DNA of 64,000 bases, from NCBI GenBank assembly GCA_034434815.1, contig DAOTYO010000053.1, forward strand, positions 201 to 64,200, written 5' to 3'. Source of the stretch: Dehalococcoidia bacterium. GTDB lineage: Bacteria; Chloroflexota; Dehalococcoidia; SZUA-161; SpSt-899. Below the pieces are notes generated by a model, which had not been told where the DNA came from, made no database searches, and saw only the letters and a list, made by a program, of their open reading frames with translations. Shown here piece after piece: positions 29,482 to 38,636 of the stretch; position 1 is the first letter of the stretch; every line of letters starts with the position of its first letter. The position numbers and the translations under genes were made by a program.

Positions 29482-30279
29482 TCACCGCCCCGAATAGAGA
29501 TTCGGGTCCCGGGCAACGGTGCATGTGAATTCGATGCCGCCGTCAACTTCGAAGAGCCTTCCGGTGATCCATGAGCCCGCATCGGAGCAAAGGAGAAGTG
29601 CCACCGCGGCGATATCCTCCGGCATGCCCCAGCGCCCGAGGGGGATGATCTCCCGGATTTTCTCGTACTGAGCGGGCGGGATCAAACGGCGCGTGCCTTC
29701 GGTTTCCACGGGCCCGGGGAGGATGGCATTGACGCGCACGCGCGGTGCAAGCTCCCACGCGAGGGTGCGGGTGAGCGAATTGACCGCCGCCTTGGCCATT
29801 CCATACACCCCTTGGCCGAGGCTCGGGGTGAGCGATTGGCGGCTCGATATGTTGAGGATCGCCCCGGAACCTTGATCGTACATCATTTGCCCCATGATCT
29901 GAGTGCAGATGAAGACGCCTTTCAAGGTGACCTTGAGATTGAACTCGAATTGGGCCTCATCGGTGCTCATGAGGGGCAGACTTCGATCGGCGGCGGCGTT
30001 GTTGACCAGAATATCGAGTCGGCCCAGTTCGTTCCGGATTCTGAGGGCGGCCGTCTGAACCGCTTTCCGGTCGGAGACATCGCATGGGATGGCGAGCGCC
30101 TTTGGGTGCATCCGCCGCAAATTTTGGGCGGTTTCCTCGGCGCCGGCAAGGTTCGTGTCGAGAATGACCGTATCGGCGCCGGCTTCGGCGAAGGCTGTGG
30201 CGATGCCCCTTCCGATCCCCCTCGCGCCCCCAGTGATCACGGCGGTCTTTCCGGTGAGCGAGAATCTATCCAGAATCAT
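29482..30279 (-). CDS. short-chain dehydrogenase/reductase (SDR)
   Basis: Start at MILDRFSLTGKTAVITGGARGIG (TGxxxGIG); NNAA and YxxxK (YGMAKAA) motifs; GAAGGGAG RBS; upstream ORF extension is GC-rich read-through. Confidence 0.85.
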   Translation of the reverse strand: MILDRFSLTGKTAVITGGARGIGRGIATAFAEAGADTVILDTNLAGAEETAQNLRRMHPKALAIPCDVSDRKAVQTAALRIRNELGRLDILVNNAAADRSLPLMSTDEAQFEFNLKVTLKGVFICTQIMGQMMYDQGSGAILNISSRQSLTPSLGQGVYGMAKAAVNSLTRTLAWELAPRVRVNAILPGPVETEGTRRLIPPAQYEKIREIIPLGRWGMPEDIAAVALLLCSDAGSWITGRLFEVDGGIEFTCTVARDPNLYSGR

Positions 30280-32408
30280 GATGGGCTCCCTTCGGTGAGT
30301 TTCCCGATGCGGCAGAGTTGATTGGCCAGCGGCGGGTACCCGCCGATCGGATCGCAGGGCATATCGTCCACGAGGAAATTCTCGTTGGCCTTGCCGCCCC
30401 ACCCGTGGTGGGTGGCGATCACGCCGGGAAGGATGGCATCGGTCACGATGGCCTTCCGCTCGATCCGGCCCCGGCGGGTCTCGATGAAGATGGGATCGCC
30501 GTCGGCGATGCCGTAACGGGCGGCCGTCTCGGGATGGAGCTCGGCGGTGGGCTCCGGATTGCGGCGCCGGAGCGAGGGGCAGTGCCGCTGCTGGGAATGC
30601 CAGTACTCGATCTGCCGGGCGCCGGTGATGAGGATCACGGGGTATTCCTTGAAGAGATCGGGAGTGCTGATGGGGCTTTCCGGCGGCTCGCGATATTCCG
30701 GAAGGGGCTCGATGCCCATATCGAGCAACGTCTGCGAATAGAGCTCGGCCTTTCCGGAAGGCGTGGGGAATCCGTGCTTGTGGTAATCGAACACGATCTC
30801 CTCCGGACCGGTGATGATGCCGGTGGGGTGTTCCTCGGTGAGGTACTTGACCGTGAGCCCCGAAGGCGAGAGGAAGTAATCCATGGCCTCCACATCGGTC
30901 TTCCACGGGAGGTATTCATCGAACTTGCCGCCCATGCGCCGCGCGAGCTTGAGCCAGAAATTGGCATCGGACATGGACTCGTAAAGCGGGGGGATCACGG
31001 GTCGGCGCAGTTGCACTGCGGGGACATTGTGCCCCTCGTAGATGGCGCAGAGGGAGATGCGTTCCATGAACGTACAGGCCGGCAGAACGATGTGGGCATA
31101 GTCACACGTTTCTTGCCAGAAGGCATCCATCACCACCACGAACTCGAGCTCCTTGAGGGCCTTGATCGTCTTGTTGGTGTTGGGCCAACTGACCACCGGA
31201 TTGCTTCCGGAGATCATGAGCATTTTCATCTTATGGGGCTTGCCTTCGAGCACGAGATCGGCCCAATTGGGCATGCATCCCTCGTGGAAGACGACCCCCG
31301 CCTTGTGATAGATGGGGAACTGATCGGCGCCCACGCAGAGGCGATCGCCCATGAGCTGTTTGAGACGGTAGGGCTTCTCCTTGACGCCCGCCATCCGGAT
31401 GAGGGCTCCGCCGGGGATATCCACGTTTCCGGTGATGATGTGGAGCAACACCACACACTGGGCCGTGCCCCATCCGGAGGTCGTTTGTTCGAGCTTCATT
31501 CCGGCGAGGATACATGCCGGCTTGGTCCGGGCGAACATCCGGGCCACGGTGCGGATATCTTCCGCTTTGATGCCGGTGATCTTCTCCGCCTTTTCCGGAG
31601 TGTAGGGCCTCACCCGCTCGGCAAGCCGATCGAATCCGGTGGTCCATTTCTCCACGAACGCTTTATCGTAGAGCCCTTCGGAGATGATCACGTTCATCAG
31701 GGCCAGTCCGAGGGCATAATCCGTTCCGGGCCGGGGTTGAAGGAAGAGATCGGCGCTCCGGGCGGTGGCGGTGTGGCGGGGGTCGATCACGATGAGCTTG
31801 GCCCCGTTGTTTTTCATCGCCTTTCGCACCCGGTTGAAGAGCGGGGGGAAGGAGATCGCGGGATTGCCGCCCCAGTTGAGGATGAGCTTGGAATTGATCA
31901 CATCGGGGATGAGCATCTTGCCCACGGCGAAGAAGTAAGCCCGAAGGCGGGGGGTGAAACAGAGGTCGCCATCATAGAAGCGGTTCGGCGTGCCGTATAC
32001 ATCGGCCCACCGCCAGATGAGGTAATACCCCATGCGGAGGGCCATGTTGACCGGATCGCCGGTGAAGATTCCCACCGCCTCGGGGCCTTCGGTTTCCTTG
32101 TAGCGCTTGAGCCTTGCGGCGATGGTATCGATGGCTTCATCCCACGAGATGCGCACCCACTGATCGCCCACCTTTTTCATGGGATGCTTGATCCGGGCCT
32201 CGGAATGAACGTACTCGGGGATGGCCCGGCCGGCCACGCACAGGAACCCCTCGCTGAAGGGATGTTCGGGCATGCCCTCGACCTTCACGATGCGGCCGTT
32301 CTCGACGTGGGCGTAGAGTCCGCACTCTTCGATGCACATGGCGCAGGCACCGGGCACGATCTTGCGCCCGGCGGAAACAGAATCGGTTGCTCGGTCCGTT
32401 TGTGACAT
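30276..32408 (-). CDS. molybdopterin-dependent oxidoreductase, DMSO reductase family (cytoplasmic, no Tat signal)
   Basis: 710 aa from MSQTDRATD (AGGAGA RBS; alternative ATGA-coupled start at 32444); N-terminal [4Fe-4S] motif CAMCIEECG...C; molybdopterin-binding domains; stop overlaps SDR start by 4 nt. Confidence 0.85.
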   Translation of the reverse strand: MSQTDRATDSVSAGRKIVPGACAMCIEECGLYAHVENGRIVKVEGMPEHPFSEGFLCVAGRAIPEYVHSEARIKHPMKKVGDQWVRISWDEAIDTIAARLKRYKETEGPEAVGIFTGDPVNMALRMGYYLIWRWADVYGTPNRFYDGDLCFTPRLRAYFFAVGKMLIPDVINSKLILNWGGNPAISFPPLFNRVRKAMKNNGAKLIVIDPRHTATARSADLFLQPRPGTDYALGLALMNVIISEGLYDKAFVEKWTTGFDRLAERVRPYTPEKAEKITGIKAEDIRTVARMFARTKPACILAGMKLEQTTSGWGTAQCVVLLHIITGNVDIPGGALIRMAGVKEKPYRLKQLMGDRLCVGADQFPIYHKAGVVFHEGCMPNWADLVLEGKPHKMKMLMISGSNPVVSWPNTNKTIKALKELEFVVVMDAFWQETCDYAHIVLPACTFMERISLCAIYEGHNVPAVQLRRPVIPPLYESMSDANFWLKLARRMGGKFDEYLPWKTDVEAMDYFLSPSGLTVKYLTEEHPTGIITGPEEIVFDYHKHGFPTPSGKAELYSQTLLDMGIEPLPEYREPPESPISTPDLFKEYPVILITGARQIEYWHSQQRHCPSLRRRNPEPTAELHPETAARYGIADGDPIFIETRRGRIERKAIVTDAILPGVIATHHGWGGKANENFLVDDMPCDPIGGYPPLANQLCRIGKLTEGSPS

Positions 32409-32440
32409 AGCCGTTCTCCTGAATCTATCGATTGAAGCGC

Positions 32441-33181
32441 TCATGCGGTGATATGCCCGCCGTTCAGTGGAATGACTTGGCCTGTGATCCATGAAGCCTC
32501 GTTGGAGGCCAGATAGATCACCGCTGCGGCCGCGTCCTCGGGGGTGCCGGGGCGAGGGATGGGATAGCCTCGGGTGGATTGCCGGGCTTCGGGGAAGGTG
32601 TCCATCACCGCAAGGCTGATGCAATTCACGGTGACCCCCGAGCGGCCCACCTCGCTTGCAAGCTGTTTGGAGAACCCCACCGCCCCCGCCTTGCCGGCGC
32701 TGTAGAGGCAAATGCCCATGCCGCTGCCGGCCCGATACCCTTCCGATGAGATGGTGATGATGCGGCCCCATCCCCGCTCGCACATGGAATCGATCACCGC
32801 CTTTACGCAGTAAAGCACGCCGTAGAGATTGATCTTGATGTACTTGTCCCACTCCTCGATGGGCAGTTCCCGGAACTTGGTGGGGGTCATGCCGGTGGGG
32901 GGGATGCCGGCGTTATTGACCAGAATATCCACCGGCCCGAGGGTGAAGCGTGTCTCATCCACCATGCGGCGGACGGCGTTGAAGGCGGTCACGTCCGCGG
33001 GCACGGCGATGGCTTGGCCGCCGCCGCGGCGGATTTCCTCGGCGACCGATTGAGCGCGGTCGGGGTAAAAGTCGTTCACGGCCACCGCTGCCCCCTGTTG
33101 GGCGAGCGCCCGGGCGATTCCGGCGCCGATGTTCCGGCCGGCGCCGGTTACCAGTGCTACCCGACCTTTCAGATCGAACAT
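32441..33181 (-). CDS. short-chain dehydrogenase/reductase (SDR)
   Basis: 246 aa; TGAGRNIGAGIA cofactor motif; NNAG; YSAGK catalytic motif. Confidence 0.85.
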   Translation of the reverse strand: MFDLKGRVALVTGAGRNIGAGIARALAQQGAAVAVNDFYPDRAQSVAEEIRRGGGQAIAVPADVTAFNAVRRMVDETRFTLGPVDILVNNAGIPPTGMTPTKFRELPIEEWDKYIKINLYGVLYCVKAVIDSMCERGWGRIITISSEGYRAGSGMGICLYSAGKAGAVGFSKQLASEVGRSGVTVNCISLAVMDTFPEARQSTRGYPIPRPGTPEDAAAAVIYLASNEASWITGQVIPLNGGHITA

Positions 33182-33630
33182 TGTTCTCCCTCCTTAAGCG
33201 CGTGAGCGGGCAGGGCGATCAGCGCGGTGCCGGAGGCGTGCGGCCCCGCCGCGACCGAAAGGGTGTATTCGATTTCCACGAGATGCTCGCCGTTCTCGAT
33301 GAGTTTCCTCTTCACATGACCGCTGAACGTGAGGGTATCGCCGGGGAAGACGCCCGCCCCGATGGTGTATTTCATTCGCTTGATCCGCCCCAGCGGACCG
33401 GCCCATCCGGTGAGGCACTTTTCGATGAGTCCGCCGGTGGAGATGATGTTCAAATTCACGTCCGGGAGCCCGGAGGCCCGGGCGGACTCCGGATCGATGT
33501 GAACGGGCGGGAGGAAATCCCGGGCGGCGAAGGCCATGGCGATGATCCCCACCCGGGTCATCCGGTGGGTTTGCGGGGGGAGGTTTTCGCCTTCCTCCAC
33601 CTCATTCCAGAATTTCGAAGTCCACTCCAT
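33169..33630 (-). CDS. MaoC-like (R)-specific enoyl-CoA hydratase, hotdog fold
   Basis: 153 aa; MaoC dehydratase signature region (DFLPPVHIDPESARASG...GG); overlaps the upstream gene by 13 nt. Confidence 0.8.
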   Translation of the reverse strand: MEWTSKFWNEVEEGENLPPQTHRMTRVGIIAMAFAARDFLPPVHIDPESARASGLPDVNLNIISTGGLIEKCLTGWAGPLGRIKRMKYTIGAGVFPGDTLTFSGHVKRKLIENGEHLVEIEYTLSVAAGPHASGTALIALPAHALKEGEQCSI

Positions 33631-33684
33631 TTGGCTGTGCTCGTCTCCGCGAGATTTCCCTTTAACGAAGGGGGATTGCTTCCG

Positions 33685-34191
33685 CTAGGGTCTATATTGG
33701 TACACCGTCATCCATTGCCGGCAAACGATCTTGCCGTGCTGATTTCGATAGGTATAGAGAGAAGTGATGAAGTATCCGGTGCCCAGCCGGGTCTTCTTCT
33801 CGGCCGATACCCTCTCGAGCTTCAGTTGAAAGGTGATCGTGTCCCCGGGGTAAAGCGGCTCGAGGAACTCGTATTCGTAAGAGATGCCGACCGTAGCGGT
33901 GTATCCGGCGGAAGCGCATTTCTCCACCGCCCTGAAGATAGGCGTGGGCGAGATATCGCTCGGCGGCCAGAGGCGGGGGGTGCAATAGGCCTGAATCATC
34001 GTCGGGGGGGCGATGATCCCGCCGTACGGGCCGGACTTGGCGTAGGCCTCGTTCATATAGAGGGGGTTGGGATCTTCGTGGGCCTCGCACCAATGCCGGA
34101 TCATGGCCCGGCACACCGGATCGTTGGCGGTGTAAGGGGGGGATTCCTCCCCCTCCATTGCCTTGAGCGCTGCGTATAGGTCGGCGGTCAT
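33685..34191 (-). CDS. MaoC N-terminal-like hotdog protein (probable partner subunit of heteromeric hydratase)
   Basis: 168 aa; hotdog-fold-like hydrophobic core without the canonical catalytic motif; adjacent to the MaoC hydratase gene. Confidence 0.65.
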   Translation of the reverse strand: MTADLYAALKAMEGEESPPYTANDPVCRAMIRHWCEAHEDPNPLYMNEAYAKSGPYGGIIAPPTMIQAYCTPRLWPPSDISPTPIFRAVEKCASAGYTATVGISYEYEFLEPLYPGDTITFQLKLERVSAEKKTRLGTGYFITSLYTYRNQHGKIVCRQWMTVYQYRP

Positions 34192-34205
34192 TGGGATCCC
34201 CCTTT

Positions 34206-35111
34206 TTAGGAGAGGAGCGTGCTCGGCACGAGGAGGATGAGCTCATCCACAGTCCACGGGCCTTCTTTCCGATAGTCCTTGAAGATGGCCCGGCTGATGA
34301 TCGGCTCGGAATAGAGGGCCACTCTACCTCCGCCGCAAGCGATCACCTTGCCGGTGATACCGGCGGCCTGATCGGTGGCCAGATACGCCACCACGGGGGC
34401 GAGGTACTCGGGGCCGGGCATGTTCATCATCTCATCGTAGATCTCCTGAGTGATGATCTTCGATTCGAGCATCTTCTTGTAGTTAGCGATGACATCCGGA
34501 CTCATATTCATACGGGTGGCCGCCATGGGGGCGATAGCGTTTGCGGTCACCCCGAAGTTCTTGAGTTCGCCGGCGATTTCGCGGGTGAGGCTGACGATCC
34601 CGCCTTTGGCGGCGGCGTAGTTGGCCTGACCGGCCACCATGCCGAGCCATGATTCCGAAGTGGTGTTGATGATCCGTCCCCACTTCTGCTCGCGCATGTG
34701 GGGCACGGCATGGCGGATGGTATTGAAGGTTCCCTTGAGGTGGACGGCGATCACCGCATCCCAGTCCGATTCGGACATTTTGTGGACCATGCGGTCGCGG
34801 ACGATCCCGGCGCAATTGACGAGGATATCGATGCGGCCGAAGGCATCGAGCGAGCGCTGGATCATGCGGCCGGCGGCCTGAAAATCGGCCACGGATCCGG
34901 TATCGGCGATGGCCTCCCCGCCGGCCTTCCGGATGAGGTCCACCGTCTCATGGGCGGGGGAGGCATCGGCCCCCTCCCCGGTGCGACTGGTCCCCAGATC
35001 GCACACCACCACTTTCGCGCCTTCTCGGGCCAATTCCATAGCAATGGCCCGCCCGATCCCCCCACCGGCCCCCGTGACCACCGCTGCTTTCCCTTCGAGT
35101 CTCTGAGCCAT
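34206..35111 (-). CDS. short-chain dehydrogenase/reductase (SDR), 3-hydroxyacyl-CoA dehydrogenase-like
   Basis: 301 aa; TGAGGGIGRAIA; NCAG; YAAAKGG catalytic motif. Confidence 0.85.
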   Translation of the reverse strand: MAQRLEGKAAVVTGAGGGIGRAIAMELAREGAKVVVCDLGTSRTGEGADASPAHETVDLIRKAGGEAIADTGSVADFQAAGRMIQRSLDAFGRIDILVNCAGIVRDRMVHKMSESDWDAVIAVHLKGTFNTIRHAVPHMREQKWGRIINTTSESWLGMVAGQANYAAAKGGIVSLTREIAGELKNFGVTANAIAPMAATRMNMSPDVIANYKKMLESKIITQEIYDEMMNMPGPEYLAPVVAYLATDQAAGITGKVIACGGGRVALYSEPIISRAIFKDYRKEGPWTVDELILLVPSTLLS

Positions 35112-35204
35112 CTTTCTCCCTTCGTGATAAAAGTTCTCTTCTTTCCCCCACTGCGAAGGAGAAGAGGGGTTTTTGCAAACTACGGGTGCTTACCCGGATT
35201 AACC

Positions 35205-36338
35205 TTACGGCAGGCCGATCACTGTGACCCCGCTCACTACAGCGCCCAACGTGTGGGTCAGGCCGAGCCGCGGGTTTTTGATCTGCCGCGAGCCCGCTTT
35301 CCCCTGAAGTTGCTTGTAGATTTCGTAGTGCATGCGGATGCCGCTGGCGCCCACGGGGTGCCCGAAGCATTTGAGTCCGCCGTCCATGTTCACCGGCAAC
35401 CGGCCTTCGAGGGTGGTGGTTCCGTCGAGGGCCCATTTCCAACCCTGGCCCTTCTCGATGAATCCCAAGTCTTCGTAGTTGGAAATCTCTGTCCATGTGA
35501 AGCAATCGTGTACTTCGGCGCAAGAGATTTCCTCGGCGGGGTTCTTGATTCCGGCGTAGGCATAGGCCTGTTTGGCCGCGGCCACGGTGGCCGGAAAACC
35601 CAGATAGTCATGAAGCGGACTCTGGTTCCGGGGGCTGTTGGCCAGTCCCATGCCCTTGACGAGGATGTAATCCTTGCGGAAGCGATCGGCCATATCCGCC
35701 CGGCAGAGGATGGCGGCGGAAGCCCCATCGGCCACGGTGCAACAATCGAAGAGTCCGAAGGGATAGGCGATCATGGGCGCGGTCAATACTTGTTCGATCG
35801 TCAGCTCGCGGTGATAGTGGGCCTTGGGATTGAGGTTGCCGTTGTGATGGTTCTTCACCGCGATGTGGGCCAGCGGGGTGCGGTCGATGCCGTAGGTGTA
35901 CATGTAACGCGTTGCGCTGAAGGCGAAATATCCCGGCCCGGTGGGGGAATAGAGCACGGGGTGCGCCGTTCCCGGATTCTCCGGAAGGCCCCGGAGGCCC
36001 CAATCCTTGAGCTTCTCGAAGCCGATGGCCATGACGATATCGTAGAGGCCGGAGAGGATGCCGATGACCGCATTGCGGAAGGCATCGCTGCCGCTGGCGC
36101 AGAAGTTCTCCACCCGGGTCACCGGGATCTCGTGAAGCTTGAGGGCGTTGGCCACCGACATACCCGCATCTCCCCATTGCTGGGTGCCGAGCCAAACGGC
36201 CTGAAGGTCTTTGGCCTCGATGCCCGCATCTTCGAAGGCTTCCCATGCCGCATCCACGATCATATCGTACGGGCCGTCGAGCCAGTTTTCCCCGAACTTG
36301 GTGCAGCCCATTCCGATGATGGCCACTCTGTCTTTCAT
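35205..36338 (-). CDS. thiolase, SCP-x / non-specific lipid-transfer-protein type
   Basis: 377 aa; MKDRVAIIGMGCTKFGE N-terminus, active-site Cys (NFCASGSDA), C-terminal His/Cys region (GHPVGASG) typical of SCP-x thiolases. Confidence 0.85.
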   Translation of the reverse strand: MKDRVAIIGMGCTKFGENWLDGPYDMIVDAAWEAFEDAGIEAKDLQAVWLGTQQWGDAGMSVANALKLHEIPVTRVENFCASGSDAFRNAVIGILSGLYDIVMAIGFEKLKDWGLRGLPENPGTAHPVLYSPTGPGYFAFSATRYMYTYGIDRTPLAHIAVKNHHNGNLNPKAHYHRELTIEQVLTAPMIAYPFGLFDCCTVADGASAAILCRADMADRFRKDYILVKGMGLANSPRNQSPLHDYLGFPATVAAAKQAYAYAGIKNPAEEISCAEVHDCFTWTEISNYEDLGFIEKGQGWKWALDGTTTLEGRLPVNMDGGLKCFGHPVGASGIRMHYEIYKQLQGKAGSRQIKNPRLGLTHTLGAVVSGVTVIGLP

Positions 36339-36362
36339 GATCGTTGCCTCCTCAGCCGAAAG

Positions 36363-37778
36363 CTATCGCGTTGGCCGTGCCTTCCAGAAGTAGTTGTTGT
36401 ATCCGGCGCCCTCGTGGATCTTGCGGAAGACCAATTCCATGGGCATATCGATGTGGGTTTCCCCGGCTTCGGTTTCCGAAGTGAGGGCGCGAAACCGGCC
36501 GCCGCCATCGAGATCGAGCACGACCGTTCCGGCGAATTCCTCGAATGCGGCTCCCGTGAGGTAGTCTTCCGTATAGGTGAAGACCTTGCCCGTCTTGGCG
36601 AGCGGGATCAAGTCGAACGCATCCTTCGAGCCGCACTGATAGCACACCCGCTGCGGGGGGAAATCCATAAGTCCGCATCTCCGGCACTTCGAACCTTTGA
36701 GCGGGAGGAGCCATCCCGATTCCCGGTAAAGCACGGTGGGGGAAGAGAAAGGCTGTTGACGGCGTGAGCCCTCCACTTCCACCACTTCCCGCCAGCGGAG
36801 GAAACGTTCGTAGCTTCCGAGGGGGCGTTTGGACTTGAGATGCGCGGCGATGCCCCGGAAGGGTTTGATCTTCCGGATGTTTTCTGTGATCCGGAGGGCG
36901 AAGGCATCGGCGCCGTTGCCGTAATTGGCGAGCAAGATCCGTTCCCCCGCCTTTGCGCTTTCGAGGGCTGCGGCGAGCATCATCGGGGCATGGGCCGCGC
37001 CCGTGGCGCCGATGGTATTGAGGAGGGGATCCTGAGCCTGAGCCTTGGGATCGAATCCGAGGCTGCGGACGAGCTCTTGATGGCTGCGGTAATCGGGAGC
37101 GGGGAGGATCACGCGGGAGAAATCCTTTGGGGTGCGGCCGGTCTTTTCGAGGAGCCCTTTGATCGCTTCCTGAAGGGGGGCCAAGTAGCCGTAAAGGATG
37201 GCCCAGCGGTCTTCCCATCCGCTCGGGAAGGGATCGCGATTGCGCCGCCAAACATCGGTGATCTCGGTGTTGACCGAGTGGGAGGCTTCTATCTCCACGG
37301 CCACGTCTTCATGCCCGAAGCGGAAGGCGGCGGCGCCGTCCCCGAAGATCTGTTCCCGGGCCGATGTGGGAATGCCCATGCGGCAATCGGCGGAGACGAC
37401 GAGCACCCTCGGGGCCGAGCCGCTTTTCACCGCATCCAGTGCCGAGCTCATCGCCAGCGTACCCGCCCGGAGGGAATCGGTGAAATCCGCGGTGCGCACG
37501 GTCGCGGGAAGGTCCATTGCCGCGGCCAGAAGGCTTGCCATCTGTTTTTCCTTATACGGCAGTGTGGTGGATGCCAGAAAGAGGGCCTCCATCCCGCCGG
37601 CATTCGCGTTGCCGAGGCAATCTACGGCGGCCGCATGGGCCATGGTCACGCTGTCCTCATCGTAATAGGCCACGGCGCGTTCGCCGGGGGAGTACTGCAT
37701 GCCCCACGCTTGCCGGAAAACCTCCCGGCCGATCCTGTAGCGGGGGATATAGGCCCCGTAGGCGGTGATCCCGATCAT
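36363..37778 (-). CDS. HMG-CoA synthase-like thiolase-fold domain fused to DUF35 (zinc ribbon + OB fold) protein
   Basis: 471 aa; N-terminal condensing-enzyme-like domain (GITAYGAYIPRYRI); C-terminal CRRCGLMDFPPQRVCYQCG zinc ribbon followed by an OB-fold-like region, as in DUF35 thiolase-associated proteins. Confidence 0.75.
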   Translation of the reverse strand: MIGITAYGAYIPRYRIGREVFRQAWGMQYSPGERAVAYYDEDSVTMAHAAAVDCLGNANAGGMEALFLASTTLPYKEKQMASLLAAAMDLPATVRTADFTDSLRAGTLAMSSALDAVKSGSAPRVLVVSADCRMGIPTSAREQIFGDGAAAFRFGHEDVAVEIEASHSVNTEITDVWRRNRDPFPSGWEDRWAILYGYLAPLQEAIKGLLEKTGRTPKDFSRVILPAPDYRSHQELVRSLGFDPKAQAQDPLLNTIGATGAAHAPMMLAAALESAKAGERILLANYGNGADAFALRITENIRKIKPFRGIAAHLKSKRPLGSYERFLRWREVVEVEGSRRQQPFSSPTVLYRESGWLLPLKGSKCRRCGLMDFPPQRVCYQCGSKDAFDLIPLAKTGKVFTYTEDYLTGAAFEEFAGTVVLDLDGGGRFRALTSETEAGETHIDMPMELVFRKIHEGAGYNNYFWKARPTR

Positions 37779-37870
37779 CCAGACCTCCTCGTGTGCTCCG
37801 GGGATGGTTTTTGCGCATCACGGGTGGGCGCACAAAGCTCGGGTTGACAGATGCCCCGGAGACCGCGTAA

Positions 37871-37896
37871 TATAGGATACTATATAATATCCTATA
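37871..37896. promoter_or_regulatory. palindromic operator candidate (TATAGGATA-N8-TATCCTATA) overlapping an AT-rich -10-like element
   Basis: Perfect 9-bp inverted repeat in the divergent intergenic region between 36363-37778(-) and the marR-family gene; AT-rich island in GC-rich DNA; spacer contains TATATAAT. Confidence 0.5.
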
Positions 37897-38055
37897 ACAA
37901 GCATGCCCATTGTATCATTGGGGGCGGGGAGTGTCAAGTCGGCGGGTACCATGGGCAAAGATCCGATGGGGCGCCGTCGGATTCGCCGTAAGATTTCCCC
38001 CTTCCTTTTCCCGCGAGGGAAGGTAGCATCGGATTTGAAGAAAGGAGCCTCTGGG

Positions 38056-38565
38056 ATGAATGACGAAAACCGGACCGATCCAGAACTGACGTCTCCCGGA
38101 ACCGAGACGGGGGGCGTCTCTTTGGCGGAGGAGTACGAGATATGGATTCTCCTGACTCAGGTGACCGAAGGGATGCTCAAGTCCCGCGACAGCGAACTCC
38201 GGCCCTTCGGGCTTTCGGCGATTCAGTTTGCGCTTCTGTGGGTTGTGAAGACCGCCGATGCCGCCCCTACGGCGAGCGAGATTGCCCGGCGGCTGATGCG
38301 GCAACCGGCCTCGATCTATCAATTGCTCGACCGGATGGAGGCTCAGGGGCTTGTCCGGTGTGTGCGGAGCGCCGAGGGAAAACGGGAAGTCCGGGTGGAG
38401 GTCACCGAGAAAGGAGCTGAAGCGTATCGTCAAGCGCGGCATGCCCGTCAGGTGATCCCTCGGATCCTCGGGGCGCTCACGGTGGAAGAACGCGATGTCC
38501 TCAAGGCCGTTCTCGAAAAGCTGCGCGTCCGCGTGTATGGGGAAGTTGCAGAGCAGCCATACTAA
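38056..38565 (+). CDS. MarR family transcriptional regulator
   Basis: Start at MNDENRT with AAAGGAG 8 nt upstream; winged-helix region (LSAIQFALLWVV...ASEIARRLMRQPASIYQLLDRMEAQGLVRCVRSAEGKREVRV). Confidence 0.85.
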   Translation: MNDENRTDPELTSPGTETGGVSLAEEYEIWILLTQVTEGMLKSRDSELRPFGLSAIQFALLWVVKTADAAPTASEIARRLMRQPASIYQLLDRMEAQGLVRCVRSAEGKREVRVEVTEKGAEAYRQARHARQVIPRILGALTVEERDVLKAVLEKLRVRVYGEVAEQPY

Positions 38566-38636
38566 CCCGTAAAATAGACAAAAGTCGTGAGGCGTATGGG
38601 GCGCCCGCCGACGGAACGAAGGACGGAGGAAGAAGG

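Noticed and set aside
30318-32405. 695-aa plus-strand ORF antisense to the molybdopterin oxidoreductase; also 26791-28395 antisense to glyQS, 28196-29497 antisense to the CoA-transferase, 34698-36767 antisense across the SDR-thiolase region, 39912-41228 antisense to pncB, 58071-59303, 61795-62565 and 62578-63918
   Set aside because: Long open frames on the non-coding strand are expected at this GC content; each overlaps a gene with strong family motifs, and none has recognisable domains.
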